Source: Mustelus asterias | Taxonomy: Eukaryota | Assembly (NCBI RefSeq): GCF_964213995.1 | Contig: NC_135803.1 | Span: forward strand, 49,228,001-49,292,000 | Direction of reading: 5' to 3' | DNA length: 64,000 bases | Shown: one piece after another, positions 50,000 to 60,990 of the stretch | Layout: every line of letters begins with the position of its first letter | How positions within the stretch are numbered: the stretch's first letter is position 1 | Translations under genes and position numbers: made by a program | Notes under the pieces: generated by a model | The model's database searches: none | The model's input: the letters and a program-made list of their open reading frames with translations, nothing else | Told to the model about the DNA's origin: nothing

Positions 50000-50775
50000 C
50001 AATCCTAACTGACTCAATCTCTCCTCATATGCCAGTTCTACCATCCCAGGAATCAGTCTGCTAAACCTTCTCTGCACTCCCTCCACTGCAAAAAACATCC
50101 TTCCTCAGAGAAGGAGAACAAAACTGCATAGGTGTGATCTCACCAAGGCCTTGTATAACTGCAGCAAGACATCTCTGCTCCTATACTCAAATCCTTGCTA
50201 TGAAGGTCAACATACCATTTGCCTTCTTAACCACCTGCTGCAGCTGCATGCTTACTTTCAGCGACTGTGTACAAAGACACCCAAAGAACAAAGAAAAGTA
50301 CAGCACACAAACAGGCCCTTTGGCCCTCCAAGCCTGCGCCGATCATGATGCCTGCCTAAACTAAAACCATATGCACTTAGAGTCCATATCCTTCCATTCC
50401 CATCCTATTCAGGTATTTGTCCATTTGTCCCTTAAATGCCACTATCGTACCTGCTCCCGCCACCTCCTTGGGCAGCGCAGTGCGTTCCAGACATTCATCA
50501 CCCTTAGTGTAAAAAAACTTGCCTTGCACATTTCCTCTAAACTTTAACCCCACACATCTTTAACCTCTGTCTCTGACTTGACTTTTCTACCCGAGGAAAG
50601 AGCATCCAGGTCTGCACATTCCCCTCCCTCAATCTATAACATTCAGATAATAATCTGTCTTCCTGTTTTTGCTATCAAACCTCACGTTTTTCCACATTTT
50701 ACTGCATCAGTCATGCATTTGCCGACTCACTCAACTTGTCTAAATCACACTGTATCCTCTTCACAGCTCATCCTC
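50000..50775 (-). mobile_element. CR1 ORF2 fragment with a nested CR1 3' end (~50285-50600)
   Basis: Reverse complement of RRFSRLIPGM and of motifs shared with 529-1000; aaagaacaaagaaaagtacagcac tail. Confidence 0.78.
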
Positions 50776-50779
50776 CAAA

Positions 50780-51160
50780 AAACATTCCACAAACATTCAA
50801 CCCGTCCATACTAAACAGTGTGTACCATGTACAAGATATACCACAGGAACTCACCAAGGCTCCTTAGGCAACAGTTTTCAAACCCACGATCTCTACTACC
50901 TAGAAGGACAAGGGCTGCAGATGCCCGGGAACACCATCACCTGCAAGTTCCCCTTCAAGCCACACATCACCCTAACTTGGAAATATATCACCATTCCTTT
51001 ACTGTCACTCGGTCAACGTCCTGGAATTTCCTAACTACACTGTGGCTGTACTGTCAGTGCATGGACTGCAGTGGTTAGGATGACAGCTCACCACCTTCTC
51101 AAGGACAATCAGGGATGGATAATAAATGCTGACCTACTAAGTGATGCCCAAACCCCAGGA
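50780..51160 (+). mobile_element. CR1/L2-group LINE 3' end
   Basis: Similar to 19985-20505; ggataataaatgctgacc tail. Confidence 0.78.
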
Positions 51161-51875
51161 AAGCACAGAAATGCTATCTCCATAGCTAGGTTAGGCACAT
51201 TTCCACTTGCAACTAGCTGTGTTAAGCTCTCTTTCCTCAATGTTCCAGGCAGATTGATGGTTTATTCCTTCGATATCTACTTTATTCTGAGTGTCACCCA
51301 TAAATCCCTGTATAAAACTTACAGCTCCCCCTCCTTGAGGTTTCAATCCAAATAAACCATTACAATGAATGCCAACCATTCTGACTTCAAGAACCTCGAA
51401 TGTGTCAGTTGCCCCTCAGTAACCCAGATTGAATAAAACTATGACATTCTAGAAGCTGGTATGTCTAGCAGTGACACAGAACCTTGATGGCTAGCCCTTA
51501 AATAGACACATTCATTTCCAAAGTTGCTATAACACATGACGGAGTAAATTAAAGTAAGCTGTTCAAATCCACAATTATTTAAAATACATTTGGGTGGTGT
51601 ATTTCCATTCCAAATAATCCCTGCAGGAAAAAACAAAAATCAAGAATTCCAAACATTACAGCAATATTTGAAAGTGGATTATCCTTAATTCAGGCTATTC
51701 TGAACTTTAAATGTTCAAAGGTGACAAAAATTGGAAAAGAATGATCTGATCACAACTACATTAAACAACAATAGGACTAATATTGATTTAAAAAATGAGT
51801 AGAGAAAGGGCTTCACTGATGGTACAGTGTGAAATGCAATGTTGAGCAACAGAAGGAAAGTCCTCTCTGGTCCCT

Positions 51876-52072
51876 GAGTCCAAAGATGTGCAGGTTTGGT
51901 TGATTGGCCATGCTAAATTGCCCCTTAGTGTCCTGGGATGTGTCGGTTAGAGAGATTAGTGGGGTAAATGTATGGGGTTATGGGGACAGGGCCTGGGGTG
52001 GGATTGTTGTTGGTGCAGACTCGATGGGCTGAATGGCCTCCTTCTGCACTGTAGGGATTCTATGATTCTATG
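51876..52072 (+). mobile_element. HE1-type SINE 3' two-thirds
   Basis: gtccaaagatgtg..ctatgattctatga. Confidence 0.87.
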
Positions 52073-52129
52073 AGGCACTCGGTCTTAGCCAAGAGCATAT
52101 TGCAAACAGCCTGTGTGCAGCTGAAGGTA

Positions 52130-52222
52130 AAAAGCAAAATACTGCAGATGGTGGAATCTAAAACAAAACCAGAAAATGCTGGAAAATCTCAGCAGGTCTG
52201 ACAGCATCTACGGAGAGAAAAT
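52130..52222. mobile_element. PLE-associated terminal repeat remnant
   Basis: aaatactgcagatg..gaaaatgctggaaaatctcagcaggtctgacagcatct; reverse-complement relative of 56420-56500. Confidence 0.55.
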
Positions 52223-52991
52223 AGAGCAGGAACCCTTGCCCAGCAGAAGTTACTGCCTTCAGGAACACCGGATATATTTGCCATCAACAAAATATATTTT
52301 TTTGAAAGTTTGGAGTTGTGACAGATGGATGGTTATATTGTGGAACCTTTATCGGTTTAATCATCTGATTAAGTTTTTCAACGTCTGAGGAAGGCTTATG
52401 TAAAATAACGTATTAAATCGGTGCAGCAAATGGGAAAAGGTAAACCATTGTCATGATGGCAGAAAGGCAGATATCAAGTGTACTGGTTCACATTCCCATT
52501 TTTTCCAGGCCACAAACCCAATGCTGACCCATTTCAGTTGGAAAGAGAACAGGAGGCAGATGTCCCTCATATTTACTGCCAGCATAAATTTGGTACATAG
52601 GAACCAAACTAGCTCACCATATGATGTGTGCAAAATGAACCCAGAATGTAATTTATTTTTAAAGGTCAATTATTCGCATATAAAATGACGGAGTAAATTG
52701 ACAGTTAATTGACAGAGGGATTGATTTTGATGACTTGATTCTTCTTTATACCTTATTGAAAAGTGACATGAATGTGACTGTTTAAAAATTAATGTCTTCA
52801 ATGCGAGGGAATTTTTGTACCTAGGGATGGTGTGGAATGGAAAAAGCATTTCCACTCTTTATATTCAATGTCAGCATTAAGCGTGTCCAATTCATGTATA
52901 ACATAGCCAGAAGCAATTTAAATCTTCTCAACACTTCATGCACAAGAACATTATCTATTTTCTAATTTCCGACAGCATCCTTATGGCTTAA

Positions 52992-53660
52992 TAACATAAG
53001 AATGTAAGAAACAGCAGCAAGGGAAAATAATCTATTGAGCCTGCTCTGCCATTCATGGATACTTTCATATTCAACCCCACTTTTCTGCCCATTCCTGGTA
53101 TCCCTTGATTCCTTGAGACACCAGAAATCTGTCTATCTCAGCCTTGAATATATTCAATGATCACACATCCAAAAACCCTTGGGAATGGAGAATTCCAAAA
53201 GTTCACAACCTTTCAACTGATAAAATGTCTCCTCATCTCAGTCCTAAATGATTGGCTTCTTATCCGGATACTGTGTCCCTGTGTTCTAGATTCCCCAGCC
53301 ATAGGAAACAACGCATCAGTGTCTACCCTCTCAAGGCCCTTCAGAGTCTGACATGTTTCAATGAGATCACCTCTCATTCTTCTGAACTCCAGAGAATATA
53401 GACCCAGTTTTACTCAGACCAGTCTAGAGAACCTTCACAGTACTGCCTCCACTGCAAGTATATCCTTTTATAAATATAGAAACCAAAACAGAACACTGTA
53501 TTCCAGGTTTGGTCTCACTTATGCCCTGTAAAATTGGAGCAAAACTTATTTATCCTTGTACTCCAATTCCTTTGCAATAAAGGCCAAAAAGCCACAGACT
53601 TTCCTAAATGCTTTCTGTACCTGCATGCTAATTTTTTTGTATTCCTTGTCAAAGCACACT
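52992..53660 (-). mobile_element. CR1 3' fragment, old
   Basis: aacataagaatgtaagaa tail, ctcctcatctcagtcctaaa, ctccagagaata motifs. Confidence 0.78.
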
Positions 53661-56384
53661 CAAGTTCCACAATTATGGACAAGTTACTTGCGCAGAGGTT
53701 CATTCTGTAGGTGAACTGTACGGAAGCCATAAGTTATCAATGATAAAACTGAAAGACAGACTTTCCCTTTAAGCTCCAGAAATAATGGACCTTTGCACAA
53801 AGTCATAAGGATCTAATTAATTTTAGGTACTGACCAGAAGAAAATGGAGAAAATGTATGATTGTTACTCGATGGGTTTCTTTATAACCTAATTTGGTTTC
53901 CCAATGCTGACCACTTCTAGCATTTTTCTGTAGCTGTTAATATAATGGAGATTGTGCATAATGCACCACTGACTCAAAGAAATGCTGAGACATTCACCCA
54001 CTAGGGAGTTCAGCAGCTGCCAACCCTTTGTTTCATCTCAGAATCATGTATAAATATTAGGAGAGCTTAAGGAACATGCATCGTGTATCACATAGCAGGT
54101 GCTGAAAGATGTGACAAGGCACAATACAACAGCTGAGTATATAGCCATTTGACTAATCAGGGAAGTTGCAGCACATGTTCAGCAAATTTTGACATCCTCA
54201 CGTGGCACAGATAGTGTGTTAAGTAGAACTGTTACAATAAGGATGCAATTGCAACCCATTGGTACATTTAACAGGGCATTCATTAGAGGAGGGAGTCTCA
54301 GAAAGTACCAAGGCTTTAGTAAATCAATCTAGCTGTATGGATTAGTGATTACTATATTGATAATCCTTCAAATTTGTTCATTTCTTAATCAGGAAACAAC
54401 ACAGTAAACTAGCACCATTGATTTTTCTTTTGGTGTTTAAACTGGCGCAGGACTTGCATCTGCTGATCCCGTGCTGAGTGAGCAGCAAGTGGGGAAAATT
54501 AGAAAGCAATATTTCCCTGATGACTATTTAGTCTCTTTGTGGACGCAAGTGTTCATTAAACCATAGACACCGAACTTGCTAGCAGCACAAGCAGCAAAGA
54601 GGTTTAGAACACCTGCAAAGTCCAAACCTTACCCGCAAGCCACCCCAGGCAAGCTGATCAAGGGAGTCACTGTGTACAAGAAGTGAAAAACTGAAAATGC
54701 TAGAATCCAAATGGAAACGCTGGAAACCTTCAGCAAGTCAGCAACATCTTTGGAGACAGCAAATCAATTCATAGATCAAAAGCAGTCCCTTTGTCAAACT
54801 CAAAAGATATTACAAATGAACAGCATTTTGAAAGAAACAAAGCAGACGGAAGGGAATAAAGGCTTGATGAGAGAAATCCAAGAAATAAAAGACATCTACA
54901 GGACAGAAAAATATTGGAATTAGCTGAAAGCAATGAGACAAGTAGATAGGAAGCAAGAGAAACGGTAATCACCTTTGCACACTTGAACCCTGATTTTAAA
55001 CTAATTAGAATGGTGCAGGTTTGGGTGAGATGCCTGTTTTATACCCCATTTGGATTGATCCTCATTCAGATTAATAAAGCTTAAAAATTAGGAGAGATAC
55101 AAAAGGACCAACTGGTCAAAACTCATCCTGTTCTCTCCAGTGGCTTTGTTTAAAATTGGGGCTTTTTCCTTCCCCCAGGCATCCAGTCCTTGCTCTGCTT
55201 TGCCAGTATTTTGTGCCTCTCATGCGTAATACCTTCCAGTTTGGACAAAGGGTCGCCACGCAAAACAACAGTTCTCCTGTGGTCGCTACCTGATGCTACC
55301 TGAGGGTTTGTGTTTTCATTCCAAGTGAGATTCTCACCAAGGTTGCGTAACGGAGCAACAGTCAACAAAATGATGTTTGGTTTGACATTCCTGCACAGTG
55401 ACCCACATCAAAACATCATTTTCCAAAGGAAGTGTAGAACAGGAAACATACAGTACTTCTTCAGATTTATAACTGAATTACTCAGTGAGTCAGACATTAC
55501 ATTATTTTATAATACCAGTCCACTCAATCCCAACAGCAAAACATCAACTTCCAGAAGAGATGGAAATGGTCCAAAAGGGTTTCAGCACCTGCGCCCCCCC
55601 CCCCCCTCCCTTCCCCACTCCAGCATGTTCCTCTCCCCATTTAAACTGGATCGTTTTCTTTCAAAACCCCCTCAAAATAAGGGAGGAACGTCCCCTTCAG
55701 CTGGTTTTCGATAACCATTCTACATAATGGGTTGTACCTTCCTCGGAGCAGCAAGCAGCGATGGATTGTCACTCCACACGGATTTACCTGCACTTTAAAT
55801 TCTGATGCATCTGTGTAATCTAACCTTCCTGACTCAGGCCAGCTGAGGCTCGAGCAGCGCAGCATGTCCCCGGCTGAAGTGTAAAAGAAACAGATCAAAG
55901 GAGGCCCTGCCCCTTTTATAAAGCAGGTGAGTTTAAAGGCCCCATTGAAATAACAGACCAGGAAGGTGGCAAGTTTCTCAAGTGGATGGGATGTGGGAAG
56001 TTCGGACATCAGCAGGGAGTCGGGGATGGGGACATGATTATCTCGAGAATGGGATGGGGGTTGTCCTGTGTGATGTTCAATCTTTAAAATGGTTATGGTC
56101 AAGTTAGAAGTCCTTTTATTTCTTCCAATTCCTTTAGAGTAACTATGAGTATAAAACTGACAGAACCATCCAAAGTTAACGATTTAACGCACTTTGTTGG
56201 ATGCTTCCCAGCCGATTGTCCAGGGGAAGTTAGCTCATCTGGACAATTGCCAGGTAACCCCTTGTATGGGAACTTCCAAAAGAGATTCTCCACTGTATCT
56301 TTGTGGTTCCCCTCCCCCCTTCCCTCCACCAAATCCAATGTGGGGAAGCCAGGAAGCTACGGGCCATGATCTTCTGATTTCTGA

Positions 56385-56510
56385 AGAAGAGTTATACTCA
56401 ATTTGAAATGTTTACTCTGGTTTCCGCTCTCCACAGATGCTGCCAGACCTGCTGAGTATTTCCAGCATTTTCTGATTTTATTTCAGATTTCCAGCAGTAT
56501 TTTGATTCTA
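56385..56510 (+). mobile_element. PLE-associated terminal repeat with decayed hammerhead core
   Basis: tt-CTGAAGA-agagttatactcaattt-GAAA-tgttt-act followed by ctctccacagatgctgccagacctgctgagt. Confidence 0.55.
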
Positions 56511-56654
56511 CTCCATAACATGTAATTTATTTATTGAAAACTTTTAAATTACTTAAATACTTACCTCAAAGAGCAAACCAAGATGGCAAAAGGTAGGATA
56601 GGCCTCAGAAATTAACCCCACAGAGCTTCCTAGTGGTGTGAACCTGTAATCATA

Positions 56655-56965
56655 TTAGAACCATAGAACCATAGAAAATTACAGCTCAGAAACAGGCCTT
56701 TTGGCCCTTCTTGTCTGTGCCGAACCATTTTTTGCCTAGTCCCACTGACCTGCACTTGGACCATATCCCTCCACACCCCTCTCATCCATGAACCCGTCCA
56801 AGTTTTTCTTAAATGTTAAAAGTGTTAAAATGTTAAAAATGTTAAAAGCATTTACCACTTTATCCGGCAGCTCATTCCACACTCCCACCACTCTCTGCGT
56901 GAAGAAGCCCCCCCTAATATTCCCTTTAAACTTTTCTTCTTTCACTCTTAACCCATGCCCTCTTG
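56655..56965 (-). mobile_element. CR1 3' end
   Basis: agaaccatagaaccatagaa tail; RGHGLRVK..GFFTQRVVGVWNELP. Confidence 0.88.
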
Positions 56966-56994
56966 CTTTTTTATTGTGACAGTTGACATAAAAA

Positions 56995-57294
56995 TTAAGT
57001 TTAAGTTTATTTATGAGCACCACAAGTCCGCTTACATTAACACTGCAATGAAGTTACTGTAATCCCCCAGTCGCCAGACTCTGGCGTCTGTTCGGGTACA
57101 CAGAGGGAGAATTTAGCATGGCCAATGCACCTAACCAGCACGTCTTTCAGACTATGGGAGGAAACCAGAGCACTCGGAGGAAAGCCACGCAGACACGGGT
57201 AGAATGTGCAGACTCCCTACCGACAGTGATCTAAGTTGGGAATCGAACCGGGGTTCCCTGCGCTGTGAGGTAGCAGTGCTAAACACTATGCCGC
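56995..57294 (-). mobile_element. V-SINE, alternative-tail subfamily
   Basis: cttacattaacactgcaatgaagttactgt tail and head. Confidence 0.85.
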
Positions 57295-57299
57295 ACTTA

Positions 57300-57592
57300 A
57301 AGCTGGCCTCCAAGCCTATGCTGATCATGATGCCCTAACTACAAAAAAAAACCTTGTGCCCCTACTTGGTCCATATCCCTCTATTTCCTCCCTATTCATG
57401 TGCCCATCCAAATGCTGCTAATGTGCCTGCTTTCATCACCTCCACTTTCTGCGTGAAAAACTACCCCCCCTCCCAACCCCTGCACTTCCACACATTTCCC
57501 GTAATCTTTCCCCCTTTCACCTCGAATTTGTGCCCCCTTGTAATTGACACTTCCATTCTGGGAAAAAGCCTCTGACTATCCACCTGTCTGTG
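57300..57592 (-). mobile_element. CR1 3' fragment
   Basis: Similar to 50325-50600 (ccaagcct..gatcatgatgcc, ccatatccctctatt). Confidence 0.7.
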
Positions 57593-57945
57593 CCTACTGT
57601 GAGTACGGTGCGTGGACAGAAAGTGCAAGTTTTACACAAGTTTTTTTTTAATTTAATGAAGAATGTCCAAGCAAGCCTACTTTGAAGTAGAAACAGCAAG
57701 CCCTGTCCTTCATAAATACATAGTGATCCTAGCAGGATCTTCCATTAATATTTCCTCCCATTTTTTATTTGTAGTGTGATTCTACTTTTGAAGCTGGTGC
57801 AAATATTCCTTCCAATCCAGCTCAATAATTCTAGAATTATATGGCAAACAAGGAGGTCATTCAACTGAACATACCAAACTCTTTCACATGGCCCAGCAAA
57901 TACTATTTCTTTAAAATCCCCTTCACAGGTAACAGAGCAACTTTG

Positions 57946-58140
57946 TGTTAGGAATGGGTGAACAGACCTTCTAATTTGATATCAATTATCCAATAGAAAT
58001 CACCAATATATAAAGGGGTTACAGATGGCACTGGGTGTTGAGAAGAATTGTATGTGGAGTTGCTTAAAGAAATAAAGGTAGTTTTTGAAGAACCAGAACT
58101 CGTGTCTTGTTTACTGAACCGCAATCAAGAGGTTCGAACA
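57946..58140 (+). mobile_element. Putative solo LTR
   Basis: TGTT..AACA termini, CCAAT x2, TATAAA, AATAAA; 5-bp flanks ctttg / cttag. Confidence 0.55.
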
Positions 58141-58448
58141 CTTAGAGCTGGCTTAAATCTTGTCCCACATGTGAAACCATAGCAGAGGCTGCAATAAGGG
58201 AAACAGTTGTGGGTCAATGTTTCCCAGTAGAAGACCCCATGTGCAAATGTTGAAGTTATTTGTACAGACATTAACCAATCTAAAATAAATAGATTATAGT
58301 ATGAAGGTCAGTAAATAAAATTTCTACTCGATGTCTTGGGAGGCAACACACAATGGAGACCAGCAAACTGTTTCCTGGAGCAAACCGGGCGCAAATCAGA
58401 TTTTAGCTTCGACCGCTATTTTTCTAGCTTGCCGCGCTGACCTCTTAA

Positions 58449-58716
58449 AAGTTAAGTTTATTTATTAGTCACAAGTAAGGCTTACATTAACACTGCAATG
58501 AAGTCACTGTGAAATTCCCCTAATCGTCAAACTCCGGTGCCTGTTCGGTCAATGCACCTAACCAGCACGTCTTTCAGACTGTGGGAGGAAACCGGAACAC
58601 CTGGAGGGAACCCATGGAGACACGGGGAGAACGTGCAAACTCTGCACAGACAGTGATCCAAGCAAGGAATCGAAGTCCTGGCGCTGTGAGGCAATAGTGC
58701 TAACCACTGTGCCACC
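58449..58716 (-). mobile_element. V-SINE, alternative tail (duplicated copy)
   Basis: Mirror of 59815-60082. Confidence 0.9.
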
Positions 58717-59784
58717 GGGCACAGCGAGGTGGTAAAATCGTGCCCAAGGTCAATGTTCCTGATTGGAATAGTTAAAGTAATTGTTACCTTCCTACTGGTA
58801 AATCTGTCTTTTATGTAATTAACAGGAATTCTTGGAAGACTGCCAGTTGTTTAAGGATTTAGGGTTTAAAGTTCCTTTTACTGTAAAATGGGAGATTTCT
58901 TGTTTTTTGCTAACAACCCAGTAACATTATTGAGGGAAGGTGTAGGTTTTTGAGAAGTCAAATGTTACTAATGTGTTAATTTTGGAGAAAATAGTCATTG
59001 GCCTTTTCTTCGAATGAGAAATTTCATATTTATTTTCCCTCCCCACGAGCCTTGTTCCTGTTAAGCTACTTAGAATGTATAAAGGAGCAAAGGGTTGCAA
59101 ATAAAGGGGTTGCAAACCAACATAGTTACAGTCACCAACCCTACCAGGAGACGATATGGCTGTGTATAACAGCGAGGGTTAATGAGTGAAGTGCTGGCAT
59201 ACACATCATACTTAGTTTCTCGAATAAACAAGTATTTAAAATTCCAGACAAGGTATAGTAACAAATTCGGGGTTTTTTTGCATGATAAACATGAACCTGC
59301 CAATATCAAATTTAGTCTAATTCTGCCCAAAGCCTCAGTTTATGATTAAACCATTTTTTTTTGGTCTAAAGTAATCTGAAAGACTCCAGTGTTTTGAATG
59401 TTTACAATTTACATTGAACGAAGCTCTTCAAATATTAAAACTGCTCCTTTATACATTCTAAGTAGCTTAACAGGAACAAGGCTCATGGGGAGGGAAAATA
59501 AATATGAAATTTCTCATTCAAAGAAAAGGCCAATGACTATTTTCTCCAAAATTAACACATTAGTAACATTTGACTTCTCAAAAACCTACACCTTCCCTCA
59601 ATAATGTTACTGGGTTGTTAGCAAAAAACAAGAAATCTCCCATTTTACAGTAAAAGGAACTTTAAACCCTAAATCCTTAAACAACTGGCAGTCTTCCAAG
59701 AATTCCTGTTAATTACATAAAAGACAGATTTACCAGTAGGAAGGTAACAATTACTTTAACTATTCCAATCAGGAACATTGACCT

Positions 59785-60990
59785 TGGGCACGATTTTACC
59801 ACCTCGCTGTGCCCGGTGGCACAGTGGTTAGCACTATTGCCTCACAGCGCCAGGACTTCGATTCCTTGCTTGGATCACTGTCTGTGCGGAGTTTGCACGT
59901 TCTCCCCGTGTCTCCATGGGTTCCCTCCAGGTGTTCCGGTTTCCTCCCACAGTCTGAAAGACGTGCTGGTTAGGTGCATTGACCGAACAGGCCCCGGAGT
60001 TTAGCGATTAGGGGAATTTCACAGTGACTTCATTGCAGTGTTAATGTAAGCCTTACTTGTGACTAATAAATAAACTTAACTTTTAAGAGGTCAGCGCGGC
60101 AAGCTAGAAAAATAGCGGTCGAAGCTAAAATCTGATTTGCGCCCGGTTTGCTCCAGGAAACAGTTTGCTTTCTTCCCGGCCCCTTTCAAGGGAGGCTAAG
60201 CTTATTAGAATGCGTTGACTAGATTTCAATACGATTAGAAGTCCAACGCACATGTTTCTCCCTTCCCAAGATGCTTCCCACCTCTCCAGCGACATGTCAC
60301 ACAGGTGCGAATCACTACTGGTCTTCACTAGTGCAGACCTGGTGAGCTTGTCACGCTGGAGTGGGGGTGGGGGGACATCGAAGCCCCTGTGTAGTAAGAG
60401 GCATAACCGGACAGTGCCCGCAGTACCCACCAGATAGGCCAACAGCAGACAACAGACACTGCTAGTGTGCCAGGGTCAGTACCGGTGGCGGGGGGGGGGG
60501 GGAATATGCAGAGGGGCTGTACAGATTTGAATCACGAATGGGATCATGACGGGCATGGGGGAGGGGCATGTCAGGGGTCAGCCAGGGCAACCCATCGGGA
60601 GGGCCCTGAAGCCCAAATGGGGGTGAACTGTGTTAGGGTGGGGTGGGGGGGGGACACACACACGGAGAACATGCCACCAATGAATGAGGGGGGGGTCCGA
60701 TGTCCATGGGTGTGGAAGGGGGATCTCCAAGTGCACCGTGAGATCGGGGGGCCCTTGCAACATGGCAGCTGAGCGCTCAGAAGCCAGTTTCACTCATGTG
60801 TTCAGGCACCCCCCGCACACCCCCCCCCCCCCCCCCCCCCCCCAACTCATCCTTGTACTGGTGCCAATCTCCCAACTCTCCAAAAAAAGTGTCGGAGTGT
60901 TGAAAGATTCAAATGCGGAACACACCTAAGAGACTGGCACGGTTCACCCCATGTTTCTCACTGTTATGACAGAAATCACTTCCACCCATT
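59785..60990. mobile_element. PIF/Harbinger-like non-autonomous element, G/C-run rich, with a nested SINE
   Basis: Begins gggcacgattttacc, similar to the TIRs at 11704 and 14445; CpG-rich interior with G and C runs; right end degenerate. Confidence 0.55.
59815..60082 (+). mobile_element. V-SINE, alternative tail
   Basis: Head, V-domain and gtaagccttacttgtgactaataaataaac tail. Confidence 0.9.

Larger units (their letters stand above)
58362..60169. repeat. 728-bp inverted duplication (58362-59089 / 59442-60169), 352-bp spacer
   Basis: Arms are reverse complements with about 6 substitutions and no net indel; they include unique DNA, a SINE and a MITE end. Confidence 0.96.

Noticed and set aside
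55641-56102. 153-aa minus-strand ORF in unique DNA
   Set aside because: No recognisable domain or supporting splice structure.
58362-60169. Assembly fold-back artefact as the explanation for the inverted duplication
   Set aside because: The arms differ by several substitutions, including CpG transitions, and the junctions show microhomology, which favours a real event. Read-level confirmation is still needed.
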